From the NCBI GenBank assembly GCA_965223505.1, contig CBDCWP010000021.1, forward strand, positions 431,237-495,236: a DNA stretch of 64,000 nucleotides. Direction: 5' to 3'. Positions 1 to 8,360 of this stretch are shown here, piece by piece (within the stretch, counting starts at the first letter, position 1; each line of letters begins with the position of its first letter). The position numbers were made by a program, and so were the translations under genes. The notes beneath the pieces are model-generated. The model was not told the origin of the DNA, ran no database searches, and was given only the letters and a program-made list of their open reading frames with translations. This DNA comes from Planctomycetota bacterium (lineage in GTDB: Bacteria > Planctomycetota > PLA2 > JAEUHO01).

Positions 1-503
1 CGAAGCGCCTTCCGCTCTGCCGCATCCGCGTTCTCCTTGCCCTCGTAGAGATCGCGTACGGCCTGCGCGTGGGCGGCCAGGATCGCGGCTGCTTCCTCGC
101 GATCCTCCGACGCGACCTCGTTGTCGATCCGCTCGATCTGCCGTTCGAATCGAGCAAGATCCTGCGCGCGGGCGTTCTCCTGCGCCCGCTTGCGCGCCTC
201 GAGAATCACGCGCGGCGTCTCGCCTTCCGGCTCCGCCCCGTCGGTCGTGCTCGGGAGAACGCGCGACTCGACCGCGCGGAGACGCGCTCCCATCCGTTCG
301 AGCTCGAGCGCGGCGTCGGGCCCCTCGAGAGACGGCGTCGGTTCCGCACGCTCGACGGCGCGCATGCGGCGGCCCAGCCGCTCGAGGGACTCCCTCGTCT
401 CTGTCCGCGCTGCTCGCAGGTCGGGCGCGACGAAGAGATGGTGGTAGAGCGCGACCAATGCCACGGTGGTCACAGCGCTCGCGAACGTGTGTTTGAACGT
501 CAT
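1..503 (-). CDS. Hypothetical single-pass membrane/coiled-coil protein, 3' end runs off the window
   Basis: Hand-translated from ATG 503: MTFKHTFASAVTTVALVALYHHLFVAPDL...; open to the window edge; not in the ORF track. Confidence 0.7.
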   Translation of the reverse strand, partial: MTFKHTFASAVTTVALVALYHHLFVAPDLRAARTETRESLERLGRRMRAVERAEPTPSLEGPDAALELERMGARLRAVESRVLPSTTDGAEPEGETPRVILEARKRAQENARAQDLARFERQIERIDNEVASEDREEAAAILAAHAQAVRDLYEGKENADAAERKAL

Positions 504-550
504 CGGAGGCTCGGTCCGCACCCGCTGCTCGCGGGCGCCGACGGCGTCGG

Positions 551-1057
551 CTACTGCGGTCCGACGCTGATGAAGAAGAAGCCGTCGTCCACCGGGTTGC
601 CGGCGGCGTCGTTCACCGTGAACGAGAAGCTCCCGGCGCCGTCGAATCCGTTGGTGTGATAGACGGGCGATGCCGAGTTGGCGTGATCGACGACGAACGA
701 CGGACGGCCACCGAAGGGCTGGGTGTACGTCACGGTGTAGCTCCCGACGCCGTTGCGCGTCGCGGTGAACCCGTCTCCGTGGGAGACGACCCCGGTGGAG
801 GTCACGCCGCCCCATACGACGCGCAGATCCGTGCCGGAATCCCGTACGTAGCGCGCGTCGTGGTCGTGCGCGTTGCCCGTGTCCGCGATGTGCGCTTCGA
901 GCGCGGCGGTATTGGTGGCCTGTTGCGCCTCGAGCGCCGCGACACGGCTGCCCAGGTCGGTGCCGGTGCGCGTGCGTGCCTGGACGAACGAGGGCACGAT
1001 CAGCACCCCCACGACGGCGGCTACGAACAAGATGAGAGAAGTGCGTTTGCGTGTCAT
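551..1057 (-). CDS. Secreted protein with short coiled coil and fibre-tip-like beta domain
   Basis: AAGGAGG SD before ATG 1057; signal peptide; HIADTGNAHDHDARY; WGGVTSTG...GSYTVTYTQPF. Confidence 0.75.
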   Translation of the reverse strand: MTRKRTSLILFVAAVVGVLIVPSFVQARTRTGTDLGSRVAALEAQQATNTAALEAHIADTGNAHDHDARYVRDSGTDLRVVWGGVTSTGVVSHGDGFTATRNGVGSYTVTYTQPFGGRPSFVVDHANSASPVYHTNGFDGAGSFSFTVNDAAGNPVDDGFFFISVGPQ

Positions 1058-1237
1058 CGAATCCCTCCTTCCCGATGGAGTCTGTGTGCCGTAGATCATG
1101 TCGAATGCGCGGTTCGCTGCGCAATCAGAATGTGCCTCCAGCGATCGAATAGGGCAGTTTCAGGGCATCTTGAGGCCGTTACGTGTCAAGTCGTGGCCCC
1201 GCCGGACGGGCGATGCCCCGTGCGGTACGCTCTCGCG

Positions 1238-2377
1238 ATGCGCAGAACCCTCTCGATTTGGCTCCTGCTTCTCGCTGCATTCGGCAACGTTCACGGGAAC
1301 CCGGACGAGAACGCTCCCGTCCTTCGACCGTTGCCGCTCGTCGAGGGCGTGCGAGACGTGTTGAATCGCAAAGGCGACCTTGCGGCGCTGAAGAAGACCG
1401 ACGAGTACCGCCGCGCCAAGCACGTCGGTCTGGACCTGGCCGACTACGACGGCGATCCCGTCGTCGCGCACGGGATGCGCGATGGAACACTGTTCTACGT
1501 CTTCTACAAGAAGATCGAGCGCGCCTACGCACGGCGTGTTTGGGTCGTGCAGCGCATCAAACGCACCGAGCGCAACTGGCGGAAGGGCGTCGACGAGCCG
1601 GAGACGAAGGTCACCTACCAGGTCGAGGCGTTCAAGCTCTTCAGCGGTGAGCAGAAGCGCGGTGACCAGCATCACGGCGGCTACGGGATCAAGGACTTCG
1701 TTCGACGGGAGATCGTCAAGGAGTACGAGATCGGGTTCGCCGACATTCCGGGGCTCGCGGAAGGCGATCCGTGGCCCTGGAAGAAATCGACGCTGTTCGA
1801 GTACATCGCCCGCTACGGCCGAAGTGACGAGGTCTATCGAAAGGTCTCGTTCCACCGCTCGGTGACGTGGTCGCTGACGGTCACGCTCGACGCGGCCGGC
1901 AATTATCGCGTCTTGGCGCCCGAGCTGGGAATCGACGTGCCCGTGAAACGCACGGACCCCGCCCGCACGTTGCCCGAGCCCCTGACCGTCGGAGCGTCGC
2001 TGGTGCTCGTTCGCGGCGTCGGGCTCGAAGGCACGCGCGCGGACGAGGGCTGGTTCGACGACTACGTCGAGCGGGCGGGCAAGGTGCTGCAGGAGGAGCG
2101 CTTCGCGTCGGGCCACTCGAACACGATTCTCGCCGCCGGGTTGATGGCGAACCGGCGCAAGGACGGCTCGCTCAACACGCTGCAGACCCGGGCGGGCTTC
2201 GCCGGCCGCACCAAGGAAGGGATCGCCGTCGGTTCGCCGCGTTGGGCGGTGCTCAAGGCCTACGGCCAGCCGAAGGACGCGAAGGTCGGCGCGGCATGGT
2301 GGCACTACGGCGACATCGGGTTCTGGTTCGACGGATTGGACCGTGTGGGGCGCTTCTACGTTCGGGCGAAACGCTAG
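1238..2377 (+). CDS. Hypothetical secreted protein
   Basis: Signal peptide MRRTLSIWLLLLAAFGNVHG within ORF 656..2377; normal codon usage from 1238. Confidence 0.75.
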   Translation: MRRTLSIWLLLLAAFGNVHGNPDENAPVLRPLPLVEGVRDVLNRKGDLAALKKTDEYRRAKHVGLDLADYDGDPVVAHGMRDGTLFYVFYKKIERAYARRVWVVQRIKRTERNWRKGVDEPETKVTYQVEAFKLFSGEQKRGDQHHGGYGIKDFVRREIVKEYEIGFADIPGLAEGDPWPWKKSTLFEYIARYGRSDEVYRKVSFHRSVTWSLTVTLDAAGNYRVLAPELGIDVPVKRTDPARTLPEPLTVGASLVLVRGVGLEGTRADEGWFDDYVERAGKVLQEERFASGHSNTILAAGLMANRRKDGSLNTLQTRAGFAGRTKEGIAVGSPRWAVLKAYGQPKDAKVGAAWWHYGDIGFWFDGLDRVGRFYVRAKR

Positions 2378-2395
2378 GTCCTCTATCGCCGGTTC

Positions 2396-3343
2396 TCAAG
2401 CGCCGTCGGGCTTGCCATCCGTTTCCGGCTTCGGCGCGAACTGGAAGGGGACCGTCAAGTCGCCATTCATTTCGAAGGGCGTCGGTGCCGGGAGCGCGAT
2501 CTTCGCGTGCGTCGTTCCCTCGGGGGGCTGCACCGCAGCCCCGGCGGCGCCGCCTCACCCATACCGCATCGCCCCCTCGGCGAGCACGTCGCCGTCGGCG
2601 TTCAAGCACTGCCACGTCAGGCCGATGCGCTTGCCCCTGCGGTAGAGCGTGTTGCCCAGCCGCTTCTCCGCCTGGAAGACGACGCCGATCCGGTGCTGCC
2701 CCTTGCGCTCGAACGCACGCGCCTTCACCACGAGGCCGGTCCGCACGGCGCAGTGCGTCGTTTCGTCGGCCGTCACCTCGATTTCGCGGAAGGACGGCGA
2801 GGTCGTGGACCAGATCCACTCGGTTCCGTCCTTCTCCGCCTCGATGTGCCGGTAGCCGGTCACCTGGTACGAACCCACGGGCAACGGACGCTCGCGTTGC
2901 TCGTCATCGGGCGACCACCGCAGGCGGTACGTCTGTGACCTGTCGCCCTTGCGGAAGAGGAACAGCTCTCCATTGGCGATGGTCGACGTCACGAGCCCCG
3001 TCGGCGTCTCGTCGCCGTGCGAGGCCGTCGCAGACACGACGCAGGTCGGCTTGCCCTCTGCGTCGTTCTCGAGGTACTTGATCAAGGCCTCACGGGCCTC
3101 GGGCGGGGTGCCCGTTCACGAGGTTTCGGTCACCTGCCGCAGGAACGCGCGATCGGTCTCGAAGGTCGTGTCCGGCACGGTGTGGCACTTGGCGCAGGTG
3201 TGATGCCACGCTTCCTTCGCCTTGGCCGTCCAATCGACCGCGTCCTCGTCGGTCTTGTCGTCGGCGGCGAGCTCCATCATGCCGATGGAGAACCACGTGG
3301 CGACGACGACGGCGAGCATGCTTGCGCGTACCGGAATGCTCAT
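2396..3343 (-). CDS. Putative selenoprotein: exported c-type cytochrome (CAKCH) domain protein with two in-frame UGA (3116-3118, 2555-2557), 315 aa
   Basis: GGAGG SD, ATG 3343, signal peptide; ORFs 3116..3646 and 2555..3085 are in one frame; 52 more sense codons follow the second TGA up to TGA 2396-2398; a hairpin follows each UGA. Confidence 0.75.
2524..2542 (-). promoter_or_regulatory. SECIS-like hairpin
   Basis: GGGGCTGC-GGT-GCAGCCCC, perfect 8-bp stem, loop 20 nt 3' of UGA 2555-2557. Confidence 0.7.
3083..3101 (-). promoter_or_regulatory. SECIS-like hairpin
   Basis: CGAGGCC-CGTGA-GGCCTTG, loop 21 nt 3' of UGA 3116-3118. Confidence 0.55.
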
Positions 3344-3630
3344 GACGACCTCCGGCTTCCACGATAGCAGCCTGGTGCGGCGGCCCCGGAGGCGCGGCTG
3401 CGGACGGAGGCGAGGCTCGCCGCCGCCGCGGTGGGGGCGCCTCCCGCGCCGGCGGACAGGCCGTAGCCGCCCGTTAGGGCTCACGTGGAATTCAGCGGTC
3501 ATCGCGAGTGGCCGCTGCCGAGAACTTCGGACAGACTCCCGTTGCCGGTGCTCCTCTCTCACCCGGAGGAGCGCCGGTGTGGACTTGTCAGTGTGGGTTT
3601 GCGGTGCGTCTCCTAGGGGGGGACACACCC

Positions 3631-4248
3631 GTGTCAGTTGAGACAATCGCCACTGCGCGGCCCCGGCCTGCGCAGAGTGGCTTCAGTTTGCTCGAGGTGC
3701 TCATCGGCGCCGTCGTGCTCGCCGTCGCGTTGCTGGGCCATCTCGCCAGCACCGGAACCGAGCACCGTCTGGCGGAGCAGCAGCGCGTTCGCAGCCAGAT
3801 GCTGCAGACGACGCGCCAGTTCATGGAGCGGCTGCGCTCCGACGAGAACTGGGACACGCTCTACGATCGCCTGCGGACCGCGCAGTTCTCGCTGACCGTC
3901 GACGGCAAGGCCGGCACGGCGCTCGACAGCGGGAAGCTCGCGTGGCAGTTGACCGACTACTACCCGGAGATCGTCGTCCCCGAAACGCTCAGCGACATGC
4001 GAGTCCGCGTGGAGGTCCCCGCGACGCCCACGATGGTCAGTGGGGCACTCGGCATGCGGCTGCGCGAGGACGCGAGTCTCGAACAGTTCGGGCTCCCCGC
4101 GGATCTCGACGGAACCGGGACGATTACGTCCGATGTGTGCGACGACAGCTACGTCGCGCTGCCGGTGGTCGTCACGTTTCGCTGGGAGCTTCGCGGCCAA
4201 GCGGCGCGTGAGATGCGGGTCGCCACGTGGCTCAGGGGGAATCGATAG
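3631..4248 (+). CDS. Prepilin-type N-terminal cleavage/methylation protein (PilV-like)
   Basis: QSG|FSLLEVLIGAVVLAVALLG class III signal; GTG start inferred. Confidence 0.85.
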   Translation: MSVETIATARPRPAQSGFSLLEVLIGAVVLAVALLGHLASTGTEHRLAEQQRVRSQMLQTTRQFMERLRSDENWDTLYDRLRTAQFSLTVDGKAGTALDSGKLAWQLTDYYPEIVVPETLSDMRVRVEVPATPTMVSGALGMRLREDASLEQFGLPADLDGTGTITSDVCDDSYVALPVVVTFRWELRGQAAREMRVATWLRGNR

Positions 4249-4833
4249 ATGTCCAAGTCCACTGCTTCACAGCGCGGCTTCACGTACCTCGAAGTGCTGA
4301 TCGTCATGGTGATCGCGGGAACGGCGCTCGCCGGTCTCGGCAAGTCCCTCACGACCGCTCAGGATCTCTCGAGCGAGACGCACCTTCTGGGGCAGGCGCA
4401 TGCCGAGCATCGCAGGAATTTCGAGGCGATCGGCAACGCGTTGCGCTCCGTCGACATCAACACCCTCACCGGTTTCGTCGACAAGACGGTGGACGGCGAC
4501 GTGATCAGCGTCGCCGCCAACCCGACGTTCGCCCGCGTCATCGGCACGCAGGACGACGCTCGTGTCTACAGCGACACCGAAGAACTTCGCTGGGAGAGCG
4601 TTCCCACGGTCATCGACGGCATCGCGAACCCCGGCCAAGTGAGCTTGGTCACGCTCAACAACGACGGAACCGTCAAGAGCAAGGTCATGATCGGCAAGAA
4701 CGTACCGTCCGGCGGTTTCCTGCTGCGCCAGGAAGGGCGCACGCTCGTCATCGCACTCACCACCTACTACGTCCTTCCCGGCCGCGAGCCGTATGTCGTG
4801 AGCAGCGAAAGCGCTGTGTCGCTGAGGAACTAG
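4249..4833 (+). CDS. Prepilin-type protein (PilW-like)
   Basis: QRG|FTYLEVLIVMVIAG. Confidence 0.85.
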   Translation: MSKSTASQRGFTYLEVLIVMVIAGTALAGLGKSLTTAQDLSSETHLLGQAHAEHRRNFEAIGNALRSVDINTLTGFVDKTVDGDVISVAANPTFARVIGTQDDARVYSDTEELRWESVPTVIDGIANPGQVSLVTLNNDGTVKSKVMIGKNVPSGGFLLRQEGRTLVIALTTYYVLPGREPYVVSSESAVSLRN

Positions 4834-4835
4834 TC

Positions 4836-6080
4836 ATGGACACCAAATCGAAGAGCCGCCGGACCACCGAGTCGGGGATGATGATCGTGGTCGTCGCGTT
4901 CGTCGTCGTCTTGATGGCGGGCCTTTCCCTCGGCTTCTTGACCACGGGCCTTTCCGAGCGGCAGTCCGTCATCCACCACGAAACCAGCATGGAGGCCCTC
5001 GAGATCACGGAGATGGGTCTCGTGAAAGCCGAGTCGATGATCCGCGGACAGACCGCCAAGGACAGCGACTCGATCAGCGGCGCGTACGCCGACGGGACGT
5101 TCGAGGTGGGGATGGAGCACGACCCCGACCGGCCCCGTCGCTGGGTGCTGACCGGCGAGGCCTCGAAGGGGCACAGCCAGCGTCGCGTCGAGGTGGAGCT
5201 GCGCATCTTCTTCGACGGGCTGTTCAACCACGGCATGTTCGGGAAGCGCTCGCTGGACATCCGCTCGACCTCGACGACCGACTCCTACGACAGCCGTCTG
5301 GGTACCTATGCCTCGCAGGCCGTCAATGTCGACGCATACGGCGTGCACGCGGACGGCGATGCGCACGTCGGCAGCAACGGGAGCGTCACGCTGAGCGGTA
5401 CGGGAATCGTGCGCGGTGACGCCATCCCGGGTCCGCTGAGCACGACGACGGTGAACGGTACTTCCTCGGTCGATGGGGATCAGATCCCCCTGCAAGACGA
5501 GCTGGACGTCCCCGACATCCGCTACGCCGTGTTCGCCGACGCGCTGGCGAACAACAACAACGCGTCCATCGACGGCACGCTGCCCGGCGTGACCTACAAC
5601 GCCGCAACCTACAAGCTCAGCGTGAAGGCCGGCGCGACCCTCGTGCTCGACCCGGGGACGTACTTCTTCACCGATCTCGTCCTCACGGGCGGTTCCAACA
5701 TCGTTCTGACCGGCCCGGTCAAGTTCTACGTGACGGGACGCTTCAACCTGGGCGGCGGTTCCATCCTCAATAGCAGCATGCGGGCCAAGGACCTTCAGGT
5801 GTACGCGCACCCGTATGCGTTGCCCGCGGGCCACGCACCGGGCACCCACCAGCTGATCGTGAACGGCCAGTCCGCCACGGCGATGGCCGTGTACGCGCCC
5901 GAGCGCGACGTGCTGATCGACGGCGGCGCGCCGTTCTTCGGCGCCGTGGTCGGCCGCGACGTCGTCATCCAGGGTGATTCGCAATTCCACTACGACCGGG
6001 AGCTGGGCGACATCTTCGGCGAGAGCACGGCGACCGTCGAGCGCCTCTACTGGCGCGAGCTCTCGGTACCTGCACGGTAG
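4836..6080 (+). CDS. PilX-like minor pilin with C-terminal beta-helix/adhesin-like domain
   Basis: ESG|MMIVVVAF (no Glu5); DSYDS motif; FHYD..L...YWRE C-terminus. Confidence 0.75.
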   Translation: MDTKSKSRRTTESGMMIVVVAFVVVLMAGLSLGFLTTGLSERQSVIHHETSMEALEITEMGLVKAESMIRGQTAKDSDSISGAYADGTFEVGMEHDPDRPRRWVLTGEASKGHSQRRVEVELRIFFDGLFNHGMFGKRSLDIRSTSTTDSYDSRLGTYASQAVNVDAYGVHADGDAHVGSNGSVTLSGTGIVRGDAIPGPLSTTTVNGTSSVDGDQIPLQDELDVPDIRYAVFADALANNNNASIDGTLPGVTYNAATYKLSVKAGATLVLDPGTYFFTDLVLTGGSNIVLTGPVKFYVTGRFNLGGGSILNSSMRAKDLQVYAHPYALPAGHAPGTHQLIVNGQSATAMAVYAPERDVLIDGGAPFFGAVVGRDVVIQGDSQFHYDRELGDIFGESTATVERLYWRELSVPAR

Positions 6081-6082
6081 AC

Positions 6083-6964
6083 GTGCGCGCGTTCGCCCGC
6101 CTCCTTCTGGTCATGCTCGCCGCGGCGCCCTCCTGGGCTTCGCCGGTGTCGGCGAAACCGCTTGCTACGGCCGAGGTGCGCACGGCACTGGCGAAGGCGT
6201 ACCGCCAGGGCCCCGACGCCATGGTCGCGCTCTGCGCCGAGCTCGGCCGTGCCGGCGGCGTAGCGGCCGTCGAGGGTCTGGTCGAGCTGCACGACCATCG
6301 CTCGGGCCGTGAGTACGAGAAGGCCCGCATCGCGGCGCTCGAAGCGCTGGCGCAGATCGGACTTCGAAGCGAACGCGCCCACAAGCGTCTCGCCGAGTCG
6401 CTTGCCGGCTCCACGAGCGAGCGCCTGGCGGCGATCACCGCGCTGGGCCGGCTCGGCGACGGCCGCGACATGCGTACGCTGCTCACCTTCGCTCGCGACG
6501 AAAGCCGGGAGATCAAGCTCGCGGCGTTTCGTTCTCTCAAGACCCTCACGGGCGCCTCGGTTCCGTTCGTCTACGCCAGGTGGACACACTGGTGGCGTAC
6601 GACGAAGAGGAGCGGCATGGGCCCGCTCTACGCCGCACTCGACGCGCTCGAAGAGGACCCGAAAGACGAAGAGCACTGGCAGAAGCACGTCACCACGATC
6701 GCCGAGAACGGTTGGATCGACCTCGCCGAGGTCGAGATGGCCATCGAGGAATGGCTGGCCGGCTCCGACGCGCTGCTACAAGCCGCCGCCAGTCACCTGG
6801 CCGGCAAGTTCCGTCTCCTCGACTACGGGCCGCGCATCGCCAAGATCCGCGTGCACGGCTTCGATCCGCCTCGGCTCGAGGACGAGATCCGGAAGGCGCT
6901 GAAGGACCTCGGCATGACAGCGGCGCTCGACGCGCGCGTCGCCGCCGAGAAGCTCCCGAAGTAG
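6083..6964 (+). CDS. Secreted HEAT-repeat protein
   Basis: Signal peptide; RIAALEALAQIG and RLAAITALGRLG repeats. Confidence 0.75.
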   Translation: MRAFARLLLVMLAAAPSWASPVSAKPLATAEVRTALAKAYRQGPDAMVALCAELGRAGGVAAVEGLVELHDHRSGREYEKARIAALEALAQIGLRSERAHKRLAESLAGSTSERLAAITALGRLGDGRDMRTLLTFARDESREIKLAAFRSLKTLTGASVPFVYARWTHWWRTTKRSGMGPLYAALDALEEDPKDEEHWQKHVTTIAENGWIDLAEVEMAIEEWLAGSDALLQAAASHLAGKFRLLDYGPRIAKIRVHGFDPPRLEDEIRKALKDLGMTAALDARVAAEKLPK

Positions 6965-6970
6965 CGCGTC

Positions 6971-7921
6971 TCAATCCCAGAGCGACGCGAGCGAGTACGG
7001 CGATCCTTCCGGCGCCCAGAAGCTGCCGTCGATGTAGCGGTGGCCGGCGTCGAGCGCCAAGATCTGCGTCATGTCGTCTTCGTCGAGCTCGAGCGACGCC
7101 GCGGCGAGGTTCTGCGCCATGCGCTCTTTGTTGACCGACTTGGGGATCACGCTCGTTCCGCGGCAAACGGCCCACGCGAGCAGCACCTGTGCGTGGGTGA
7201 CGCCGTGTCGCGCCGCCACCTCGCCGATGACCGGGTGCGTCAGCAGATCGGGGTCGTCTGCCTTGCGCAGCACCTCGGGCCGGTCCGGGGAGCCGAGCGG
7301 CGAGTAGGCCGTGACGTGGACACCGCGCTCGGCGCAGCGGGCGAGCAGGTCCTCTTGCGCCAGGTAGGGGTGCAGCTCGACCTGGTTGACGGCGACGGGA
7401 ACCTCGGCTTGGTCGGCGAGCGCTTCGACCTTCTTCGCGCTGAAGTTCGAGACGCCCAGGTGCCGCACCAGTCCGCCCTTCTTGCACGCCTCCATCGCAC
7501 GCCAGGTCTCCAGCAACGGAACCTCGTCGAGGCTCACGAGATCGGCCGCCGACTCGGGAAAGAACACGCCCGGCTTCAACGCGACCGGCCAGTGCATCAG
7601 GTAGAGGTCGAGCTCGTCGAGCTTCAGATCCCCGAGCGTCTTCTCGAGCGCGGGACGCACGTCGCTCTCGCGGTGCGCGTCGTTCCAGAGCTTGGAGGTG
7701 ATGAACAAGTCCTCGCGTGTGACGTCGCCGTCCTCGATGGCCGCGCGAATCGCCTCGCCGATCTCGGCTTCGTTGGCGTACGCCGCGGCGCAGTCGAAGT
7801 GCCGGTAGCCGAGGCGAATCGCCGTTCGGATGACGGGTGCGACCTCGCCGGGGTCCGACTTCCAGGTGCCGAGGCCCAGGGCGGGAATGGTGCCACCGTC
7901 CGACAGGTCATGGTGCTTCAC
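6971..7921 (-). CDS. Aldo/keto reductase
   Basis: LGLGTWK, GYRHFDCAAAY, FITSKLWN, DLYLMHWP, GVSNF, IPKS; GTG 7921 after GAGGAG. Confidence 0.95.
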   Translation of the reverse strand: MKHHDLSDGGTIPALGLGTWKSDPGEVAPVIRTAIRLGYRHFDCAAAYANEAEIGEAIRAAIEDGDVTREDLFITSKLWNDAHRESDVRPALEKTLGDLKLDELDLYLMHWPVALKPGVFFPESAADLVSLDEVPLLETWRAMEACKKGGLVRHLGVSNFSAKKVEALADQAEVPVAVNQVELHPYLAQEDLLARCAERGVHVTAYSPLGSPDRPEVLRKADDPDLLTHPVIGEVAARHGVTHAQVLLAWAVCRGTSVIPKSVNKERMAQNLAAASLELDEDDMTQILALDAGHRYIDGSFWAPEGSPYSLASLWD

Positions 7922-8042
7922 GGGAGCTCTCCTCTCGCCCGCGTTGTACTCCGGAACCGAGCGTCGAATGAAGTCCTTGCCACGACGAAGGAACACGACG
8001 CGTTCCACGCGCGTCTCCTGGTTTCGCGAATGGAGGTGCGCC

Positions 8043-8294
8043 ATGTCCAGACGAAACAGCCCCGACGATCTCCCGTCCTTTCGATCGGACGAGCAAGCGT
8101 AGAAGGGGGTTCCCTTCCGAGACCCGCGTCGGCCGCGGCGTGCGCGTGGTGCACGGCAACAAGGAGCTTCTCGAGAAGCTCGGCCGCAACGACCTGTGTC
8201 CGTGCGGCTCCGGTCGGCGCTTTCAAGCGCTGCTGCCTTCGTAGCGGCCGCTTTCGACGGCTCGCAGCGGAACGACTACTTCCGCGACGAGTGA
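8043..8294 (+). CDS. Small SEC-C metal-binding protein needing three +1 frameshifts (82 aa if fully shifted)
   Basis: GGAGGT SD, ATG 8043; [18 protein letters not shown] split across frames; TTT-C at 8079, 8221, 8252. Confidence 0.8.
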
Positions 8295-8360
8295 ACCTGC
8301 GCTCCACGGGCTCCGGCCCGTGGAGCATGTCTTCGGAACGGCGATCGCTCGAGTCTGCCG

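Noticed and set aside
7922..8044. 41-aa N-terminal extension of the aldo/keto reductase in the ORF track
   Set aside because: Family similarity and an SD point to GTG 7921; the extension overlaps the SD/ATG of the divergent SEC-C gene.
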